From Macrostomum lignano (Eukaryota), in the NCBI GenBank assembly GCA_002269645.1, contig NIVC01000801.1, positions 1-64,000 of the forward strand: a DNA stretch of 64,000 nucleotides, given 5' to 3'. The notes under the pieces were generated by a model. The model saw only the letters and a list, made by a program, of their open reading frames with translations. It did no database searches and was not told where the DNA came from. Made by a program: the position numbers and the translations under genes. Shown piece by piece: positions 56,601 through 64,000 of the stretch; within the stretch, counting starts at the first letter, position 1; every line of letters begins with the position of its first letter.

Positions 56601-57308
56601 GAGTGACAGATTTATTGGAGTGACAAATGACTGGAGTGCACACAGACGGTCAGGAAAGTCTACAGATTAAACTTCAACAAGAACGGCCTCCTTCCTTCAG
56701 GCTGACGATCTCACCTCAAGCTTCTTCTCAAAGTACTGCGCCTTGGTCACGTAGCCGCTGCAGTCCAGTTCGTAGTTCAGAGCACCGCTGAAGGACCTGG
56801 ACACTGAGCTGTGAACAGAGGGAGATGCTTGATGATGATGCTGCTGCTGCTGATGCTCAATTCTCGCAATATCTGGCAGATGCGAAGTTGATCCCGAGGT
56901 TCGAATCCGCTGCTGATTTTGTCGATTTCTTATCGGATATTGATGGCGCTGTGACTGCTGATGAGGCTGACTTCTTGGCGGAGTCTGGGAGCACTGCTTC
57001 CTGGGCAGGGGGATCCTGCTGCCAACGAACACGGGGACCTCCTTGTACTTGTCCAGCATTATTGGAGGCCGGTGGTTCTTCACCTGCTGGTTGCTGGGGC
57101 GGTACTGCCTGCGCATACCTGTGCTCGGCTGGTCTGTGTCAAAATTATGGCCGGCCACGAATGACAGCCGGGTGAAATACGATTTCCGGACAGGGGCCGG
57201 AGGGGGGTTAACAGAGGACTCCGGCCAGTGCTTGAGATGAGGCGAAATTCGCTTCCATTGGATGGGACGAATATGCAGGCTCGGTGTGCGGAGGCTGGGG
57301 TTGGCCAA
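47687..57308 (-). CDS. Class-V aminotransferase / cysteine-desulfurase-fold protein lacking catalytic residues; 10 exons traced, 5' end unresolved
   Basis: Exons (minus): about 57308-56715, 54976-54853, 54768-54738, 51830-50874, 50390-50183, 49765-49692, 49430-49319, 48714-48568, 48474-48418, 47836-47687; all junctions GT-AG and in phase. Family motifs: DYLFRNMIG..FVGPYGLRKVIFCDFSATGR.L..IEDFL...VLP, VGPY, CDVTG, VWDLA, LLGGGGSAGLLV, RIRCGLAFKL, PIFAF..LLHHGFVAALLSDLYGVQ, RP....DLPYF, HGWKLLP.Y..EP.SG.WRH, RWFLLP.EA. Confidence 0.85.
47845..48300. repeat. Degenerate GGGATTTTT intronic repeat
   Basis: Last intron of the aminotransferase-fold gene. Confidence 0.8.
48921..49303. repeat. 10-bp intronic repeat (CTACGGACAC)
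   Basis: Seen directly. Confidence 0.97.
52000..52896. repeat. 23-bp intronic repeat (GAAGAATGTGAGAAATTTCCCTT)
   Basis: Period read from 52331 to 52354. Confidence 0.93.
53567..53639. repeat. (CT)n microsatellite
   Basis: Seen directly. Confidence 0.97.
53935..54668. repeat. 10-bp intronic repeat (GGGTAGTCTA)
   Basis: Seen directly. Confidence 0.95.
54995..56640. repeat. Compound intronic array built on TTGGAGTGACA/GATCAGAGTGACAGACAGA, with larger repeated blocks of about 114 bp
   Basis: Blocks beginning GATCAGAGTGACAGACAGATTGGAGAGACAATATATC recur several times between 55200 and 55870. Confidence 0.9.
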
Positions 57309-57339
57309 TGTAGCGGCGAATAGATGAAGGCATCAAAAG

Positions 57340-58160
57340 GAGGGTGACGATGATGAAGCTTCTGATGATTCTGGAGGGTGATAATGATGAAGCTTCTGAT
57401 GATTCTGGAGGGTGACGATGATGAAGCTTCTGATGATTCTGGAGGGTGATGATGATGAAGCTACTAATGATTCTGGAGGTGATGATGATGATGAAGCTAC
57501 TGATGATTCTGGAGAGTGACGATGATGATGAAGCTACTGATGATTCTGGAGAGTGACGATAATGAAGCTTCTGATGATTCTGGAGGTGATGATGATGATG
57601 AAGCTACTGATGATTCTGGAGGGTGACGATGATGAAGCTTCTGATGATTCTGGAGGGTGATGATGATGAAGCTACTGATGATTCTGGAGGGTGACGATGA
57701 TGAAGCTTCTGATGATTCTGGAGAGTGACGATGATGAAGCTACTGATGATTCTGGAGAGTGACGATAATGAAGCTTCTGATGATTCTGGAGGTGATGATG
57801 ATGATGAAGCTACTGATGATTCTGGAGGGTGACGATGATGAAGCTTCTGATGATTCTGGAGGGTGATGATGATGAAGCTTCTGATGATTCTGGAGGGTGA
57901 CGATGATGAAGCTTCTGATGATTCTGGAGGGTGATGATGATGAAGCTACTAATGATTCTGGAGGTGATGATGATGATGAAGCTTCTGATGATTCTGGAGG
58001 GTGACGATGATGAAGCTTCTGATGATTCTGGAGGGTGACGATGATGAAGCTTCTGATGATTCTGGAAGTGATGATGATGAAGCTACTGATGATTCTGCAG
58101 GTTGATGATGATGAAGCTACTGATGATTCTGCAGGCTGATGATTCTGGAGAGTGATGATG
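57340..58160. repeat. About 33-bp repeat (GATGAAGCTTCTGATGATTCTGGAGGGTGAC)
   Basis: Seen directly. Confidence 0.93.
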
Positions 58161-58260
58161 AAGCTTTGGAGAATCGTCAGTTTGGAGAATTTGCAAATGT
58201 CAAAGCTGCTTTTTGAATTGCTTGAGCGCTCGATTTTACAAGCTGCAGAAACAGCCATTT

Positions 58261-58521
58261 AGAAGGTCGGGGGTTCGATTCTCGACCCATTCGGAACAAT
58301 TTGTGTCCTGAGCAAGACACTTAACTCTGCATTGCTTCAGTTCACCCAGCTGTAAAATGGATGCCAGCATTAGCTGGGGTAATTGAGGGTGTGTGGCGAC
58401 CCCCAGTCCTTGGACTGAACAGCCGTACGCAGCCTTCAGATGCGCCGCGCAATAGCGGCGGCTGAGCTGTCGGTTGCACATCTGCCCATTAGAACAAGTG
58501 AAATCAATTAATTTATTATTA
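58261..58521 (+). mobile_element. Copy of the tRNA-headed SINE family, truncated upstream of the B box
   Basis: AAGGTCGGGGGTTCGATTCTCGAC, same core and GGTTGCACATCTG..CAAGTGAAATCAATTAATTTATTATT tail as 47062-47381. Confidence 0.8.
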
Positions 58522-59226
58522 TCTTAAAACGGAACTCTTTAAATAGTGACAATTTGCACTGGCTCTGACACGTTCTGCTGCTAAGAGGCTTGAGACTACG
58601 GAGAACCCCCCCCCCAGTGAGAAGGCACAGAAACCATATTTTTCCTCGTCATTCGAATTTTCATTATCAAAAGTTGCTTCAACCCAATTCTGATATTTCC
58701 TAGCCGACCGAGAGCTCCCAGCAGTGCTGGAGCGCCGCCCACTCACCGCAGCCTGGCTGCTCTGTGTAACAGAAATGCCACGGGAGGGGGGGGGAGAGAC
58801 GAGACGGGATCAGAGCTCAAGACACTCCCTAACTCAGTCCTCGCCTATTGATTTTCGTCTTGATCAGCGATTTGCGGCTGTTCCCAGCTCACCGCGCTTG
58901 ACAACCACCCTCTCCTTCCCAGTACTGTGCCCCCAGAATTCAAGGAGTTTCCAACTGCAGCAGTGCTGGGTAGGCGGGAGCCCACCGCCCCGCACGCGGG
59001 AATCAATACATATCGATTCTGCGCTCCCAGCGCTCTCTGTCTTGCACAAATCGATTCCAATATTTGATATTTTCCCAACTGGAAATATTCGCGCTGAGAA
59101 GCTTGGGCTAGAAGACACATACACAATTTTTTAAATAAAATTCCTGATATTTTCCGCGCAAAAAAGCAGCGAAATGCCGCAACAGCCCCAGCTCGCACTG
59201 GAACGCTAGACCGCAGTCAAACTCTG

Positions 59227-59240
59227 GTTACCATGGCAAC
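59227..59240. promoter_or_regulatory. RFX X-box GTTACCATGGCAAC overlapping the SLC17 start codon
   Basis: Exact fit to GTTNCCATGGNAAC; the central ATG is the predicted start at 59233. Confidence 0.45.
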
Positions 59241-60016
59241 CGAGGAGGCCAAGAAAGAATCTTCCTCGCCGCCGCCAGACGAAGGCGACGACAAGGCGAG
59301 CCTGATGGACCAGCTGGACTCCAAGTGCGTCATCCGCAAGCGCTACGTTGTCTGCCTCCTGTGCTTCCTCGGCATGGTGATCATCCACTCCATGCGGGTG
59401 AACATCGCCATCACGGTCGTCACCATCCTGGACAAGGCGCCGCACGAGAAGGTCGGCAGCAGCAAGCGGGCGCAGGAGCTGCCGGACGTCGACTGGACGC
59501 CCACCATGGTCGGCGTGCTGCACTCCGTCTTCTACGTCGGCTTCCTGATCACCCAGGTGCCCGGCGGTTACCTAGCAACGAAACTGCCGACCAACCGGTG
59601 GGCCTGGCATGACATTCATTTGCTCACCTGCACCACTCGCTCGCGTCTTCGCTCAGCTGTTGCAAGCATGCATGGGCTTGTGCGATGAGTCTGTCTAAGC
59701 CCTCCCCAAATCTCCATCTGCTTCTCCCTCTCCCTCTCCCTCTCCCTCTCCCTCTGCTTCTCACTCTCCCTCTCCCTCTCCCTCTGCTTCTCCCTCTCTC
59801 CCTCTCCCTCCATCTCCCTCTCCCTCTCTCCCTCTCCCTCTCCCTCTCTCCCTCTACCTCTCCCTCTCTCTCCCTCTCCCTCCCTCTCTCTCTCCCTCTC
59901 CCTCTCCCTTGCCCTGACAAAGAATTTACCTAATTCGAAATATCGGCAACTTAAATCAACTTGACTTGTTTGTCCTTTTTACATGTACCGCGTCCGTGCC
60001 TGAGATTTGAGGCGCC

Positions 60017-60064
<48 letters not shown>

Positions 60065-63000
60065 CTCCCTCCCTCTCCCTCTCCCTCTCTCCCTCTACCT
60101 CTCCCTCTCCCTCTACCTCTCCCTCTCTCTCCCTCTCCCTCCCTCTCCCTCTCCCTCTCCCTCTCCCTCTCTCTCTCCCTCTCTCTCTCCCTCTCCCTCT
60201 CAGTTTCCTACTCCCTCTCTTTCTTTCTCCCCCCTCTCTCTCCCTCTTCAACAGTCTCGTTCCCCTTGTCTCCCAATCCATCCCTATATTGCACTCGTAA
60301 GCAGCAATAAGTCAAGAATGCTTCGCCATCTCCCTGAGCACAGATCGCCCTAAAGCAGACATGCGCAGTGCAAGGATTTGACGTCGCCTATCGATTGGCA
60401 AATCCTTTAGAATCTGAGCTCCTATAACCCGTGAACTCGAAACTCAAGCCCAAGAGTAGGTTTATCGAGCGTCAGTACAGAGCTGTGTGTGCAGGTAGAC
60501 TTGGCTTCAGTGGCTTTTCGAGCTCTTTAGGCGGGGGAAAGACGGACAGGTACGGACGGGGGCACTCACGGGAGCAGTCTCAACTGATATGGGTGCCTAA
60601 TCCGTTGAGACGGATCAAGCATTCGTGTACTTTTGTCAATCCCTGATCTCGGTAATCCGCCGTCCCCCCATCCGCGATAAACAGGATATTCGGGCTGTGT
60701 ATCTGCCTGTCCTGCGCGCTGAACCTCCTGCTGCCCACCGCCATCGCCAATGTGGGCTTCATCTTCACCTGCTCTGTCAGGGTTGTGCAGGGACTGCTGG
60801 AGGTGAGGCTGCGGCTGTGTCAGCAAATGCGTCAGCGAATGTGTCAGCGAATGTGTCAGCGAATGTGTCAGCGAATGTGTCAGCGAATGCGTCAGCAAAT
60901 GCGTCAGCGAATGTGTCAGCGAATGTGTCAGCGAATGTGTCAGCGAATGTGTCAGCGAATGCGTCAGCAAATGCGTCAGCGAATGTGTCAGCGAATGTGT
61001 CAGCGAATGTGTCAGCGAATGTGTCAGCGAATGTGTCAGCGAATGTGTCAGCGAATGTGTCAGCGAATGTGTCAGCGAATGTGTCAGAGAATATGTCAAA
61101 TATACGTCAGCAAAAAATATCAGTGGGCCAGCAAATGTCAGTGAATCCGTTAGTGGATGAGTAAGACAATGTGTCAGGCAATGTGTGAGCTAGCGTATCC
61201 GTGAATGTGTCAGTGAATCTATCAGGAAATGTGTCAGCTATTGTATCCGTAAATGTGTCAGTGAATCTATCAGGGAATGTGTCAGCTAGTGTATCCGTGA
61301 ATGTATCAGTGAATCTATCAGGGAATGTGTCAGCTAGTGTATCCGTGAATGTGTCAGTGAATCTATCAGGGAATGTGTCAGCTAGCGTATCCGTGAATGT
61401 GTCAGTGAATCTATCAGGAAATGTGTCAGCTATTGTATCCGTAAATGTGTCAGTGAATCTATCAGGGAATGTGTCAGCTAGTGTATCCGTGAATGTATCA
61501 GTGAATCTATCAGGGAATGTGTCAGCTAGTGTATCCGTGAATGTGTCAGTGAATCTATCAGGGAATGTGTCAGCTAGTTCACCTACACAAACATGAACAA
61601 CCTAAATGAACAACCTCGCAGGGAGCCGTGATCCCCACCATGTACAAAATCGTGAACGACTGGTCGCCGAGAATGCAGCGCAGCTCCTTCGCGTCGTTCT
61701 GCATCACCGGTGAGCACTGCAACGCTTTTGAATTGTAAAATCATCAATATTTTGATATTAGCAATATATAAGCACTCTTTGCTACTGTCAGTAGGCGGAA
61801 ACGCATCAGAGAATTCAGATGGATCCCAGGATCCCAAACTGATTCGAATCTGAAATAATGTGTAAAAAATGCACAAACGACCTGGGCTCGCGCACCCCGC
61901 AGGCATGTACGCCGGTGCCATCATCGGATTTCCCCTGGACGGCATGATCACCCACTACGCCAACTGGCAGTACATGTTCTACATCCACGCCGTCTTCGGC
62001 TTCGTCTGGTTCTTCTTTTGGTTCCTGTTCGTCTACGAGCGTCCCGAGTTCGATCCCTCGGTAAAGGACGACGAGAAAAAGCTGATCATGGCGGGCAGAG
62101 ACCAGGTGGTCGAGCTGGACAAGGTGCCTTGGAAAGCAATTTTTACCAGCTTGCCCGTGTGGGCGGTGATGGTGTGCCACTTCGTGCGCAGCTGGATGTT
62201 CTTCTTCCTACTGACAAATGAGCCCGCTTTTCTGAACATGTTCAACTTCTCCATTGTGGAGGTGCGTTTGCCTTTGCTGCAATTTTATTAGTCTCCACTC
62301 TGCCAACCACCCACTCTGCCAACCACCCCACTCCGCCAGCCATTCGCCAACCACCCCACTCCGCCAACCACCCCACTCTGCCAACCACCCCACTCCGCCA
62401 ACCACCCCACTCTGCCAACCACCCCACTCCGCTAACCACCCCACTTCGCCAACCACCTCACTCCGCTAACCACCCCACTTCGCCAACCACCTCACTCCCC
62501 CAACCACCCCTCTCTGCCAACCACCACCTCCGCCAACCACGCCACTCCGCCAACCACCTGTCCACCTCACTCCGTTGTTAAACTTTTGCACAAAACAGAA
62601 CGGCATATTCTCGGCCACGCCGCACCTGCTGAAAGTTCTCTGCTGTATTCTGGGCGGCATAGTGGCCGACATTGTACTGCTAAAGTCGCCTTGCTCGCTC
62701 ACGAATGTCAGAAAGATGTTCACCTGTTTCGGTAAGTCAGGAAATTCGATTGACAAAGGCTAACTTTTCTTTTTCTGTCAAATCGTCACTGCTACCGATC
62801 CTGCAGGCTTCGGCATCGAGGCGATGTGCTGCTACGCGCTGTCCCGAGTGCAGCAGGGCTACGTCGCCATTGTGTTCCTCAACCTGGGCGTTGGCTGCTC
62901 CGGTCTCACCGTGGCCGGCTGGCAGGTAAATCACCTGGACTTGGCGCCCCAGTTTGCGTCCGTTTTGGCCGGCATTTCGGCCAGCTTTGGCACCATTGGC

Positions 63001-63769
63001 GGCATTCTGTCGCCCATTGTTGTGGGCATCATTACGCATCCGCAGGTGAGTTGGCAACCTGGATGTTACTGTTATTAACTTGAAAGTGTGAGCAAGTGAA
63101 TGCTTGCGTATCCATGTGCATTTAAGTCTGCGTGCTCAGGGCCATGACTGCTGGCCTCTCAAAAGCACTCCTGCAAACTAAACTGTCACTCACTCTTCGG
63201 ACATTCACTAACATTCGCTCATGAATAAATGTTAAGTTCATTGCGAAAATCACCATTTTAGACACTTTGGAACTGGCAAAAGTCGTTCATTCTCACTGGA
63301 ACCGTGCTGGCCGCTGGAGTCATATTTTATTTCTTTCTGGGGTCTGGTAAGTACATTCTAGATGGCTGTTTGACCTAGTCAATGTACTTTAATAGATCGA
63401 TTCGATCTATAGCAAGTGTACAGCCATCCATCTGTTCTTAACCCAAGCCCAGCCAATCACAGATTAGAGCTTTCTCACCCGCTGACTAGCAAGTGTACAA
63501 TAGAGTCATACTCCTAGCCTCCTAGCCCACTACTGACTAGCAAGTGTACATCACCAGAGTGTACATTAGCCCGCCCCACCCACCCCCCGATCAAAGGCGA
63601 GCTTCAACCGTGGGCTGCTGCTAAAGTCGAGTCGGGCGAGGAGAAATCAAAGCCGCCAGACGTCAAAGAGGGCGATGAGTCGCAGCAGCTCAAGGGGGGA
63701 CCGGCGGTGACAAATTACAGCAGCGTGGACCCGTCGCCGCCAGCCCAGCAGCAGGAGAGTGAGACTTGA
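59233..63769 (+). CDS. SLC17-family anion transporter, vesicular glutamate transporter (VGLUT/EAT-4)-like, about 519 aa, 8 exons
   Basis: Exons 59233-59597, 60685-60802, 61622-61709, 61903-62261, 62599-62731, 62807-63045, 63262-63346, 63597-63769; GT-AG, in phase. Motifs KRY...[67 protein letters not shown]. Confidence 0.93.
59700..60260. repeat. CT-rich tracts in SLC17 intron 1
   Basis: Two blocks separated by unique sequence at about 59920-60015. Confidence 0.88.
60830..61578. repeat. 12-bp CAGCGAATGTGT repeat (60830-61090) and related 48-bp repeat (61195-61578) in SLC17 intron 2
   Basis: The 48-bp unit is four diverged 12-mers sharing GAATGTGTCAG. Confidence 0.92.
62295..62570. repeat. 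About 17-bp intronic repeat (CCAACCACCCCACTCCG)
   Basis: SLC17 intron 4. Confidence 0.9.
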
Positions 63770-64000
63770 GAATTGATACGAGTAACAATCAATCAAAAAC
63801 AGTCTCACAGGGTCATATAATCTGCGTATATTTTGTACTTGCATAAACCGGTACGAGTATTCGACGATGATGATGAAAGTTCCTTGTCAACATCAATAGA
63901 GCTGGACAGCATTAAATATTTTATTTTTCAAGATATTCTTTACACTGCATGCTGGTGAAATGGGAATCAGGGTTGCACCTTATTTGACCCGTTAGAAAAC

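Noticed and set aside
57340-58160. Repeated CTGATGA as hammerhead ribozyme cores
   Set aside because: No downstream GAAA or stem II/III pairing; simple GAT-rich repeat. The CTGAGGA and CGAAAC motifs in the 151-bp units are not conserved together either.
58747-59124. Candidate first exons of the aminotransferase-fold gene (ORF from 59124 and a 15-nt microexon ending 58747)
   Set aside because: Their phase does not match any acceptor I could find at the start of the 57308-56715 exon, so the 5' end is left unresolved.

Overview
Eukaryotic, intron-rich animal DNA with GC-rich exons, AT-rich spacers and a different tandem array in most long introns. This style is consistent with a free-living flatworm such as Macrostomum (inference from style only, no database search). 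Spliced genes rebuilt by hand from GT-AG sites and exon phases: CFAP210/CCDC173 (-, 9296-15553) head-to-head with CCT3 (+, 15955-22055), each needing one extra base to stay in frame; a two-exon orphan (+, 26882-27857); an F-type lectin (-, about 28908-29880); a single-exon orphan (-, 44434-45333); a 10-exon class-V aminotransferase/cysteine-desulfurase-fold gene whose catalytic His, Lys and Cys are all replaced (-, 47687-57308, 5' end unresolved); and a VGLUT-type SLC17 transporter (+, 59233-63769). Mobile DNA: a complete 3466-bp P-superfamily transposon (TIRs, 8-bp TSD, uninterrupted 949-aa THAP transposase), a 1727-bp TTAA-flanked foldback element with 374-bp inverted arms around a 151-bp higher-order array, a decayed Crypton-like tyrosine recombinase, four copies of a tRNA-headed SINE, and Helitron-like ends. 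Most long ORFs in the supplied track are translations of simple repeats.
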